Of a stretch of DNA of 64,000 nt, positions 1-12,200 are shown piece by piece. The stretch lies in contig OZ004607.1 of the NCBI GenBank assembly GCA_963924565.1, forward strand, positions 31,186,001-31,250,000, in the 5' to 3' direction. The notes beneath the pieces are model-generated. The model searched no databases, was not told the DNA's origin, and was given only the letters and a program-made list of their open reading frames with translations. The stretch is from Ascidiella aspersa. Taxonomy: Eukaryota. How positions within the stretch are numbered: the first letter of the stretch is position 1; each line of letters starts with the position of its first letter. The position numbers and the translations under genes are program-made.

Positions 1-404
1 GCCAAAAAAAGTCAAGCCCGGCTTGGTAATCAGTTGCCCAAGTCAAATACCAGTCAAGTTATTGACACGAACATTAAACTATTAAAATTGGTAAACTCGA
101 CCGATTATGAGCAACAACTCAACCAAAAACAAACGAAAACGCAACATGTATAATAAGCAAACTGTTTTATCTGCAAAAATTAGGATGAACAATCCAATTC
201 TTTTTAAAGTATTTTAATTAATACACTTATTTCAGCTGAAATCAGTTGGCACAATAACGAAAGTGCAAGTCAAGGTACATATTTAAATGACCAAAGTCAA
301 GGTAATTTATTTTACCCATATAAATCAAAGTCAGGTCAAGTAATTTAAAAACAGTGACATAAGTGAAGTCGAGTATTGACTTAGGTTAGGTCATTACAAC
401 ACTG
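1..404. mobile_element. Right part of a TIR element with AGTCAAG subterminal repeats (left end outside the window)
   Basis: Many AGTCAA(G) repeats, ending GTCATTACAACACTG (CAGTG-type terminus). Related to 8902-9282 and 21765-21848. Confidence 0.6.
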
Positions 405-2584
405 CTTTAGCTGAATCCATATAGCTATATTAATTTTTTCTTTTTTTAAAAACTGCTTTTAAATATCAATTTTAAACTGCAAAGGCACGAAATGTTATTA
501 CGTGTTTCACCAATATGGAAGAAATTACATAACACAATGATAGCGGACGTAATATTTTTGGGCTATGCGGAATCCTCAGATTTAACCAATTGATTCTTCA
601 TCCAAATCGCATAGAAATGTGATTGTGCAAATCTGAATGTCAGAGGTTTTCTTATAATGAGAAACGCTTTAAACAAAGAAAACTCTTTTCTTCGAAGTTG
701 TCTTTTATGCCGTACGAGATCCGAGATATCCTTGTAACCACATTATAAATTGATTAAAGTGTTTCTTCGTATGATTTTTAGTCTCTTTAAATTTTAGTAA
801 CCAACGATTTAGTGAGAATTTTTAAATGCAAAAAAATGGATTCTACGCAAACTTTTTAGCTGTGTTGCGAATGCAAAAAGTTTACATATGACAAGCGAAA
901 TAAAGTGGAAACATTTTCGGCCACTAATGGTTTCAAATCACAATTCGAGGTTTAAGTGTTTATTTGCTCGACTGTAAAATGGCATTTCTCATTCACGAAG
1001 GCATAGCGTTTTAGAAAATAACAAACCGAAATAGCCAAGAAAACCCCTTTGCTGTTTATCTTTCCAATTAGTTTATTCAGCCCTGTTGGTTTCGCTTGAC
1101 TGAAACACAAAGTAAGCATTGAATAATGTGACGCAAGAAGTAGAAGTAGAGTCACGATGTTATTCGAAAAATATTTTCCTCGCCTTCAATTTCTTCGAGG
1201 TGAACGTGATAGAAGTATCACACGTTATGGAATAACAAGTTGCGCAAAACACTGTATTCATTCGATAAGAAGACCAGAAAACATATCTGTATTTGCACGA
1301 GAAAAAGGACCAGTATAAATTACAAGCTGTAAAGGCAGTAGGTATCAGCTTTACCAGATATGATCAAACATTTCCCAGCTATTTTTTTTTAAATAAAGTA
1401 GTTTTGCCCAAACATATTTAACAACGGGTTTTCCAATAGTTGACGCCTGTGATATTTCGAAAAGCGGTTAATATACAGGATTATACGTTGGCTAAAATGA
1501 AACATGCTTTACCTAAATGCACGGGGTCTTTAATTTGTGTAAACGAAAAACTTTACTTTAATAAGACAATGTTTTATTGAAACACACATACTTTTCCCTT
1601 GGTATCACGTTGGCAATGGCCAAGCATTTTTTTTTTCGCCACGGACTTTGGTGATCTTCAAACCTGAACTATTCTACAACTGTCTGTAAATTAGCTTGAT
1701 AATAATGATTGCAAAGCCAAAAAGGTCGAATTGATCGACATAAGCTTTATTAGGATATTTAGACACAAATTTGTATCAACTTCAGTTAATGTGACTGAGA
1801 ATTAAATCCAAGCATCACTTTGAAAAGGGCGGACGCATGGCAACAAATGCGTGCATAGTGTACCCGTATGTCCGTAACTTGTTCTCCGAAAATGATGATA
1901 ATTAATTAATTATCAAACTAAAGGTATCTTCGAATTTAGTGCGAACAATACATCTAAGATGAAATACCAACATTCTCATTTATAAAAAAAGTGAAAATTT
2001 GTTGACCAGTGTAATCTTTAAACCTAAACTGTTTCATTTGCGAAATTTAAGAATATCCCGGACGAACCGGCCTGCGCATTCCCCAATTAGGGACGTGTCA
2101 ATGACAGGTCGTTTGGAAGTGCTGAGTTTAAGCGCTTAGGGTTGTTCAGAGTTGCAACACGATTCGGGGAATCGCTCGCCGACAGATGAGATTTATTCAA
2201 ACGTGCCCAGTTCGCTTTAAACGCCTTGACACGTGCTCATGGCCAAGGCCACCTGTGATTCTAAGGTCTTGCGGTTTCGGGTTGGGAGGAGTTGCCTCTG
2301 TCCCTTCGTGTTCAGATTTACGTGTCTCTCGCAAAGAGGCGGCTTTTTTCCCCACTGTGGTTTCAAGATTTTATTTTATCAACCCCTGACCTATATGAAA
2401 GGTGCCTCAAATAGGGTACGTCTCGATCTGCTTCTTTTTCAAACTTAATTTTTAAAAAAGACATACGAGTTGATATAGTTAAAGCAATCAAAAAGTACTA
2501 AAAAAATACTAAGAAAAAAAAAACTAAAAATGGCCGTCTGTGTTATAAAGATGTGTAAATTGTCAAATGCATTGTGTGTGCATG

Positions 2585-3122
2585 TTTTATTTATCAAATA
2601 AATAGGGATAAATATTTCGCACATCTTAATGCCACCAACGGTTCTAAACCCCTGCGGCTTAACTGAAAAGCGATACAGTTCCACACGCACGACACTAAAA
2701 CAAAAATCCAGGGTATCAACGTTTAACCTCATACCTTACGGGTCAACAATATTTAGGTCCCCAAGCATCAAGATATCAAAGAAATGTCTCCCTTTCTCGA
2801 ATTCCATGCCAACCGGCGTATAGTTTTTGTGGATAGTAGGAAGAGATGTTGACAACAGGGTACCGAAAACAAATACTCTCGGTGTTTATGTTCAGGTGGG
2901 CTCTTCTGACTTTCAGTCGCCAAAGGTTAACACCTGTAAGGGGTTCAATTCCATAAATAAAAAGGTGTGGATTGTTAAATTTAACACAAATAGTGCGCCA
3001 GACATTCTCCTATGGGTCGGATGTCTTCAGTTCATCTTTCAGCATGACGTCCACCTTGATCTCTAGCATGTTCTTGTGCTCTGTTTTCACTTTGCTATCT
3101 ATATAGTGACTTTTTTGCTCTA
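2585..3122 (-). pseudogene. Possible decayed single-exon or terminal-exon gene of unknown family
   Basis: Acceptor with branch-like CTAAC…TTATCAG| at 3123, then ATG at 3069. A protein-like reading of about 160 codons is broken by TAG (3012-3010), one frameshift (about 2850) and TAA (2738-2736). AATAAA is at 2591-2586. I recognise no homology. Confidence 0.3.
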
Positions 3123-3228
3123 CTGATAAGATACGTAACACAGTTAGAATAAATCAATCGAAAAACATCTGACTAAGTTATGTACAATTGTTGTGTATAG
3201 ATTTAAAGTATTTGAAATTACTTCAAAC

Positions 3229-3557
3229 GAGTGTCTCTCAAACCCGAGTCCGCGGTCTTGTATGACTTAGTAAAAGGTTCTATAGTTAAATCCGCGTATT
3301 ACCTTTACATTTTTGTTATTATCTGTACAAACTGCAAAATACGTTTACAAAGCAGGGATTTGTATTTCAAGCTAACATGATAATCCAAGTGTGTCCACAA
3401 ATAAATCGCATTTTGTTTGTTAACTATAGTGGCAAAACCTATAGTGGCGAAAAAACTATAGTTGCGAAACAACCTATTATTCTTATATTACTTAAGTCCG
3501 CGAACTATTATGCTAATAAGACATAAGTTCGTCGACTAAACAGTTTGAGAACAACTG
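3229..3557. mobile_element. Degenerate hAT-type MITE
   Basis: The ends GAGTGTCTCTCAAAC…GTTTGAGAACAACTG are imperfect TIRs of the same style as the 62624 element. Repeated (A/G)TCCGCG subterminal motifs and an internal 3x CTATAGTKGCRAAA mini-repeat (3423-3470) are present; the TSD is eroded. Confidence 0.55.
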
Positions 3558-6500
3558 TTCTAAATATGTTTAAAGGAGTCAAGTAAGGGTGGCCAAATCT
3601 AATTATTTTTCTGTATGATGATTTAAGCCAAATATAGGTGTTGGAATAACATGTTAAAAAGATGCCCTAAGTGCTCCTATATATAGCAGTTATCCAACCG
3701 AGGTGTGTTTAACCTGCCTCCACACCTCTTATAAAATCCATAGATCGAAGCAGTATTTCGGTAAAGAAGTGGATCTACCAAAGTCCTTTCCTGGATATCC
3801 GGCGTTTCCTTTTTCCGTCATTGCCTGTTTACATTCGACTTCACTGTGCGGATGCGATATGTTGTGTAAGCAGCTGTTCCACAGAAGTCCCCACCCTGTT
3901 CACCCTTAGGGGCAGGCACCCCCTTTGTTGATTCGCCCAAAAGGGTGAAAGTGGCTCGAGTGTAGCCCCGCCGCTGTGCCAATCAAGCGTGACGTAAAAT
4001 TGGTTATGTAGTGACGCAATGACATCTACATTGGCTTGATGTTGCGTTGACAGTCGTTAATGGATAACACACGTAAATGCTTTTAAAATCTGAATAGCAA
4101 AAGTGTTAAATTTTGAAACATGGAAGTGCGTGGATTCAATCGAATTATTTTTAAACTTTTGTATGCACGGAAGCAGTTTTTGTGTATATTTCATTACATT
4201 TTTTTATATATTGATGTGGCTTGGGTTAGTTATTGTTTTAAAAATAGTGACGTGTTTCCCGAGAAGTTTTTTTCGGCGGTTAGCTTTAAATCTTTAAGCT
4301 AAACGCAAATAAGCACCGAACACTCATTTATTTCACACGGGATATCTCAAAGCGAAGCAAGGGTCGGCCGTTGTTTGGGCTGAGCGAAAATCCCTGATTT
4401 GTCCGCCGATTAACTGCGGATCACAAACATGGAAATCCCACTGGAAGGAAAAAAATCGCTTTCCATCGTCGCCACTGCACGCGGTTTCCTGGCTTCTGTG
4501 GAATGTTCTGGAAGGCGGTAGTTGCCGCGCAATGTGTCTCAGACTTTTTTGTCACGAGTGGGTTCAATACGTGGAAGAATAAGGTCATTTGTACGGTGGT
4601 TAGCGCGTTTTCACGGTGGTTGAGACACTTGCTATCCATGTGGCGCGAGGGTGTAGAGTTTGTTGCCAATTTCACGCCATTTAGCAAATTAAACAAGGGG
4701 GTGGTTAGGCGTATCGGCTCGATTGCTTAATCCCGATATCTGCACATTCATCGACGAACTGGCTGCGGTATAAAGCCGGTTATATAGGATGTGGCGCCTA
4801 AATAGGGAATTTTTACGATGCGTCCGTCATTGTTTCAACTTTTCACCTTCGTAGGCCATTTGCAGCTGAACTTTCTTGAACTTGCAATAACAACAAGTTC
4901 GTCTGCCGAAAAAGACTGTCTCCGCGTGTCTTGTGAGTGTCTTTCTGGCGGCGCTTCTAATTAGCTTTGATGGCCTGGACGGTAATCGAGTGTGTGACAA
5001 GCTTTCGCGATCCAGTCTGGCAAGCGGGCCTTGTTTACGCGGAAAATGCCCTAAAAATCCGGGGGTCATTAGCACCCCTTCACTACTGATACGAGATGGC
5101 CCTTTTCGCCTGTAAGCCACACTCAATGCACAAACAACAAACATATAACCTTGTCTGATTTGGTGTTGCCTTTGAAAAATAGAAGGTTTCGAAAGCGATT
5201 AATTGGATTCTTTGTACAGCCAACCTTGTGATTTGTAATATTCATAACTGCTTGTAGAGTTATATTTAAAAAAAAAACAGTTTAGAATTATTAAATCAGT
5301 TGATAAATATCATTTGGATATTGTTTGTGAACACTTTTAAGTGGCAAACTTTCTTTTTTGATTAGAAATGTTATGATTCTACTGTTTCAATTCATTTACG
5401 TTAGTTAAATGTAGAGAAGTTCCTGACAAAGGCAATAACTTATTTTATAAACGCTGAAAAATGTGCAAAAATTGTGTCGCGAAACTTAAGAAAGAAAATG
5501 TAGCCTTCTTTAGAATAAGGCAGAACAAGTGTTTAAACTATGTTCGTTGGCACGGGTTGAAATTCAATAAATAATTAGCCTTTGGAATGTCGTTTTCTCC
5601 GGTTCCAAAATAGGCGGAGCATGTCCACATACAGTAGTTATTAAGGTGTGACCGGTACGAGGTTAGCCAAGGTTCATTTTTAATGGTTCCCAATCAAAAG
5701 AGCGTTACCATTCCTTAAGTGGCCCGGCTTGGTTAGTCCGTAAATCATCGGCGTTATCCAGTTGGCACGTGAGCGGACGCCGAATTAACGTCGGCCCAAC
5801 TTTCGCCGGGAAAAGTCTCATTCTTGGAGGCTCACCAGCCGAATCGCGTCGCCTTTATGTTTTCAGCTGGCGCGTGAACCGAGCAAGGCGAAAGCGAAAT
5901 GGGATTTGATTAAATTAGCGATCCGATCATTGCCGGGGCTGTCCGCACGCAGGTGCCTTCTTCAAAGACTAATTGGCCGCCCACCGCTGCCACGAGCCAG
6001 ACGTTTTAAACCCGCGCTCTGTATTATTTTGCCAAGTCTCAATCCCCGCGGCCTTGGCGCTATTGCACCAAGCCGTGGTATTTTTGTAAAAACGCCCCCC
6101 CTAAAAACGAGTTTTTCAGAACAAAGCTATTGGGAGAGCTGGTACAGCAGGCGCTGACAACGGCCTAAAACAACACTGGGCAGCCAGCGTTGGGAGATAT
6201 TACAAGCAAGCTAAAGTGAATCACACTTTCGCCCCCAGCTCTTGTCTAAATCCATCACACGTAAGAATCCCGCTTGTTGTTTTAGTACAACACTCGGCGA
6301 ATTTCGTCAACGGCTGACGGCGTTTGCCCTGCACGCAACGTGTACAGCAACAGGGGGCCGACGCATACTTTCCCAACCCGGAAAGGAACCCATTTTAGGA
6401 GGGGCGTGCAAGACTGCGGCCCACCGATCCCGAAGATGTAGTGCCGCGAACTCTTTTCATTGCAATTTCACCGTAGCTATACCCTTTTTCGTGCTATAAG

Positions 6501-8119
6501 TGGGTGAAATTTGCGTATATCTCGGCTAGTAATAACAGGTTACAACAACCCTCGTTTTAGAATGATATTTATTGCCCTGTAGTCTGCTTGGTGTTAACGG
6601 AGATTTTTTCTACCTATTTAGGCAAAATATGACGCAGGCGTGTCTAATTTTTCATTAGCGATTGTAAAATGGCGCTGTTGACCGTTTTCTGGCGACTCAT
6701 GCGAGTCTATCGCAGCAAAACAAACCTTTTTTGCAGAGTTTTTTGCACAATAGGCTCGTTTGAGTGTCGACAACAGAAACGTTAGAAAGATTTGGGATTT
6801 GTGTTACTGGGTTCCTTTTCGCTCCCACTAGCAAACCAATAGAAATACAGCCTGTGATTACAATAGGCGAATGGTCAAAGAGTTTGCATGGCGAAACCGC
6901 TGCGAATTTTTGCCACAAGGAGTCAACACCTGTGACTATGACAATGATAGATCGGTGTTCAAACATCGAAGTCGGCAAATTCCAAGGCCGTGTTGGGGTG
7001 CGGGCTTTTGTTTCCAAAATCGCCACACAAACAAATAGCAACGGGCGTCACGAAGTGATCCCCACTTGTATACCGGCTGTTGGTACGGTATTCGAGGCTA
7101 TATTGCTGTCCTTGACACCTGTGTTCATGACAGTGATAAATGAACAACCGGTGGAGTCGAACAGCTGGTTGCGTGATTGGCAATAAAGGGGTTTAGAAGT
7201 TCCAGTTTCTGAATGTCAGCTAAATAAAATTTATATTTTGAATACGTAGCAGACAAATTAAGCAAAATGTGAAATGGTTAATAAAGGGATTATTTTAAAA
7301 ACGCATTAATTCTTTTTTAAAAGAACTGGTGAACGATTAAGCCACAGGACGAAGTGTGCCAAACGTTTATAATAGTGACGAACCTAAAATGTAGTAAATC
7401 TCTCTATAAATAGGAAATCTTGACTCTCCACGCTAAAACAAATTGCTCACAGAGCCGAGATAATATCTGAATTACGTAACCCGGCATGGGGCAGACAAAG
7501 ACCTTCGTCCAACTGTATATAGATAAAATCACACAATGTGAGATTTCAGTATCGTAGCAGACAAATGTCCGGCTATTTCGCAAGCTCATCAACAATCAGC
7601 AACGCTTAAGAGATGGCCGATTGTTAGGGGGTGTACTGGGGCCAGCACCTGGGGTCTTGGCAGTGATCGACGAGGGACAAACAGTTGGTCAGCTGGTCAT
7701 CGCGTGTCCTAACGTGTGTCCGTGACAGACGTTTATGTCCACGTCTACAGACGTCTTCTTGTATCCTGTCTCTATCGTGTTAGAGCTACGAAGATTCCTA
7801 CGAAAAATAGAGGTGCAAGTTGTGGGAGGAAGTGCTTGCAGTGGCGATTTACGACTAGCACTGCTGGCGAATTGAGCTTAGAGGACATTCTTAAACTTTT
7901 AAGATTGTGTCTCAAACACACGTTCAAAACGTTTCATGTTAAGAGGTTTTAAGTATTTCTAAGTTATGCATTATGATCACACTTGACTTTTCCGGTTCGT
8001 CGTAGCTATAGTGGGTAACCCTTTTTCGGACTCTTTGCTCACAAAAGAAACAAAATAAATACTATAAGCCGCTGACGGAGAATTTGTTAAATATTTATTT
8101 AGCAAACTATATTCTAAGG

Positions 8120-8382
8120 CAGTGGTCTCCAACCTTTTTATTACCTGACTCCAATTTAGAGAACTGTGGCTACACATGTGCACCAAAATGAGAAGTTAAA
8201 ATTAACAAATGGCTCTTCGGTGTACTTTAAAATTAACGCTTAGATTTAAATTTAAGAATAAAACGCAACATTTTTTTTACTTTGTTTTGTTTAATTTCAG
8301 AATAAGCGCAACATTGTTCTAATGCTGACCCTGGTTTAGGCGACCAAACAGGGGGTCGCGACCCATAGGTTGGAGACCGCTG
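8120..8382. mobile_element. hAT-superfamily (Charlie-like) MITE, 263 bp
   Basis: TIR CAGTGGTCTCCAACCT / AGGTTGGAGACCGCTG (15/16), 8-bp TSD TTCTAAGG / ATCTAAGG (7/8), and subterminal palindrome GGGTCGCGACCC. Confidence 0.9.
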
Positions 8383-8901
8383 ATCTAAGGCACTTGTCCA
8401 TTTACCAAACATATACTGCAGCATAAGAATAAATAAAAACAATACTTTTTTTTCAACACAAACGCTAAACCAACACAAACGAAACAGTGATGATCATGCG
8501 GAAAAGGCTGGCAACAATTTGGGGTTTTACAAAATATACACTTCCATTGTTTTAATGCGTCAATCTCTTTCCTTACAACTGAGTTCCTGGCAACCTCCGT
8601 GTAGCAAACACAAATCTCGTTAACTCAGCCACCCATTGTGTTTTTCGCCCGTCAAAAACGATTTCGACCAGCTCTAAGTGTCATCCGTAAATACACTGGC
8701 GTATCCGCTAATCCCAAGTTATTGTAGTAATAGAGGTGTGGGCAGTCATCAGACCCCTCCGCGGATTTCAAAAATGTCAAGAAAAAAACAAAACTGACAC
8801 TCGTGCAATTTCATGCTGATTTTCGGAAGCCCTTTTGGTTTTTTACAATACTAAATGCGGCTACTCACCCAATATTGCATGTGAGCAATTACGAAAATTT
8901 C

Positions 8902-9282
8902 CATATTGGTTATGACTTGAGTCAACGACTCGATAAGGCAAAAATGGCTTGACTTTGTTTTGAGCTATCTAAAATTAATTATTGACTGTCATCTTGGCAA
9001 AACACTGGACTGATTTTTACTAAATTATTTTTAAAGATGTTTTACATTTTTAATTTGTACATAAAAAGTTTCCCTGTTTGATGTTTATTTTTAGGGGCCA
9101 AATATAGCTCAAAATCTGAATTGGTTTATTAATTTTATCTGTTTAAAACTTATTTTATAGGGCCAATGTATTGCCTGGCAAGAGGAACGACTTTACTGGC
9201 TGTTTATTAAAAAGAACAAGTTGTGTTACAAATTCTTTGACTTGGACTTGAGTCATTTTTAAGTTACCTGTTTACATCACTG
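8902..9282. mobile_element. Degenerate copy of the same GACTTGAGTC/AGTCAAG TIR-element family (opposite orientation)
   Basis: Starts CATATTGGTTATGACTTGAGTC and ends TTGACTTGGACTTGAGTC…TTTACATCACTG, with an AT-rich interior. Confidence 0.5.
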
Positions 9283-12200
9283 CTAATTACCCTACAACAA
9301 ACGCGCCGCCGCGTCAGAGCGAATTCTCGCATTGTGCCGGAAGCGTGTTTGATTGTTGCTCAATTGTTTGCAACAAACGGAGCATTATCAGACCGAGGCG
9401 CGAAGCTTTGTGTCGCGAGCGAATCGACGCTCCGATTTCCATCCGGGACCTTTGCGGTCGGACAAAGGCGACGCGCGACCTTTATCCGCTTTCCGCAAAA
9501 AAATAATTGCACCATCAAAGGCCGTCGGTTTTTTTTTCTCCAAGGACGCTGCAAAGTGGGAAAACCGATCGCCGATTCGCACCTGATCGCTATCTGACGT
9601 CACAAGTGCCACCGTGTGTGACGTCAGGGGAGAATTTCGCGCTTGCATCCGAGTTCGTTTGAAGATGCGCAGGTGTTTCGGGGCGATTACGGCAAACGTA
9701 CACAAGCGGAGTAATCCAAGTTTATGACGGTTTAAATGAGCCTGGAAGTGTTGGGCAGGAAATTTCGCGTATCCTGCAGCTGAATGTCAAAGTTGTCCCT
9801 TCCATGTTTTGTTTTATTGTTATATGTCGACGTGTACAGCCTTTTAAATCTAGCTGTAGCCCATATTTGTTCCGTATAGAAACACCTCCTGTCGTTATCG
9901 GCGCCATTCAAGTGCAGATTATTCTTATTTTTTGTGTAATAAATAATTAATATCAATAATTATGATTTCAACTTTTAAGCTTTGCTTAACACAAGCTAAT
10001 TACTTAAAACAAATGTTTCCAAATTAGGCAAGACAAATCTGTAAAACAAAAGATGGGCTTTTATGGGAAACGTTAGCGATTCGGCAATGGCTAGCTATAA
10101 TTATGAGTTTTTGTGATGTTTGGTTTAGCATTTTAAACAAGCATTTTTATGAAATGTCAGTTAAATTTTTCTTTGCAATTCAATAAATATCAGTTCGACA
10201 GATCATCAATTTTGAGTTAAATTTCTGGTTAAAACACTCACTCTTAGTGGCTGGCTCGTTTATTCTTTGTTATCCCTATACGAACTATAGTCGAACAGTC
10301 TTTTACGAAGTTGTTGCAAACGCGCATTTCGAAAACACGAGGCCAGGGAAAAGAGTTAGCCCGATCATTCATCGCACTCAGTATACCGTACCAAATCGTC
10401 TGCTTTATTCGTCCCTTATGCACCCCACAAGAGAACTGGGTATTTGCACTGTCGGGTTTAGCTCCAGTGAGGCCTTCCGCAGTATTTTGGTTGGCACCGT
10501 TAAAAGACAGATTGTCTTCCAAAGTCGACAATCTTTCGCGCAAGCGTATCCTATCAGATCAAGTGCGATTTGTCTTTCAACGATTTGTAAAACTGTAACT
10601 TCCACATGAGTGGCTTACGTTTCCTGAGATTCATGTAGCTACGTTTTTTGTCATTTCATGAGATAAACTGAACAACTCAATTCCAGGTATTTTTATATGG
10701 TCTTCTTGTTTGACAGTTGCTGAAAATTGTGTGACGAATTATTAAGCGTAAACCATTGACATTATCGTGTAAACCTCATTCACGTACGTTTGTTGACCAA
10801 CTTTTATAAACAAACTCCTTCCTAACCTATAACCCCATTTTTATACTCGACTGTTTAGCACAAAACAGTCAAATAGTGTAACAGCCTTTCTTAAAATTAT
10901 ATATCTAAAATATAAAACACAATATTATAGGAAATGATCTTATGCTTTAGAACTGTTTCTCTGAAGTCTAAACAGTCATAAATATCACCAGATTAGCAAT
11001 CAAACATTTTTCATTTTTATTTTATTGTCTGCGTGAAGATTCCTTACAGACGAGAGTGTTTAAGATAATCTATTTGAATATACTGATAAGGTTATTCATG
11101 AAATATTGAAGGTCCCAATACAAATTTTAGTAAATTTCTCATTTAGTAACTTCTGCTCTCGGTTTGATTCAAATAACCGGATAAAAAGATCGTTCTATTC
11201 TTAGTCCATTAGTAAAGGTGCGAAAATGCTCGCGAATTCAAACTGGTATACCATACACCATCACGAAACTCACAAGCAGCTGCGAATTGTTTACAAGAAG
11301 TTAAGGCGACCTAAAAGAACGCAGCAGAACCCTTTGGCAAGCGTAGGACGCGCTTGCCGATCACTCAACGCGGGCGATCCAGCGAATCAAACCAGAAGCG
11401 TTATGGGGTCGTCCCTCGTCGATAGGCCCTCGGCAAAAATTATCGCTCCATGCCTATTGCATTACCTCAGTCGTAGGACTTGTGTGTATGTACGAGGACC
11501 AATCTGTCGTCGTGTGTCGTGGCTTATGTTCGACAGCGACATGTCACCGCCGCGCTGGACGATTGCCGGGTCCCAAGGGGCAAATATTTGGATTTCGCTA
11601 ACGCGTCTGCGACCTTAAAACGTCAGCGTCCAAAGCGCTGCTGACCGGTCGGAGATCAACTTTTCTATGACAGTTTTTGCAGACGCGTGCCGGTTTTTTT
11701 ATTCTGGCGAAACTTAGTTCATTAAATAAACGCCGTTTTGTACTTTTTTGCACAAGGTTTGTAAATAGTTTTAGTTCGTACTTTTTTTGCAAAAGATTTT
11801 AGAGTAATTTAAGACACTGCTTGATTAAAAGACAACTACCGAAATGTTAAATTTATCGACATTGTCTTCGTTTGAAATTGATTTGAATGATTTAAATATA
11901 TACCTAAAGGCAGGTATGTTATGAGGTAAATTTCGGACAAAAAGTCACATTATAAGAAATTGGAGCAATTCCAAAGCACGGGACTCTTATCACAAAATCT
12001 TTTAAAGATATATTTTGAAATATCCCATCTCAAATTGACACCTCCGAAATACTAAAACTGTGCTTCCCATCTTAAATCGATTTGCCTTTACTAACCGAGT
12101 AAAAGGTTGTTTTTTAATTCGTTAAACGAGTAAAATGGAGCGTAGAAAAACATGCACCTGTGGAAACCTCTGGCCCTTTCCCGTAAGGTCGTGATGCGCT

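Noticed and set aside
2880-2955. B-box-like GGTTCAATTCC suggesting a tRNA or SINE
   Set aside because: No cloverleaf can be built: acceptor and anticodon stems do not pair, and there is no clear A box.
3423-3470. Short repeated units that might suggest a CRISPR-like array
   Set aside because: Eukaryotic DNA; three roughly 16-bp units without unique spacers, lying inside a MITE.
6764-7186. 140-aa ORF
   Set aside because: GTG start and no homology I recognise. The region is better explained as a motif-rich regulatory block.
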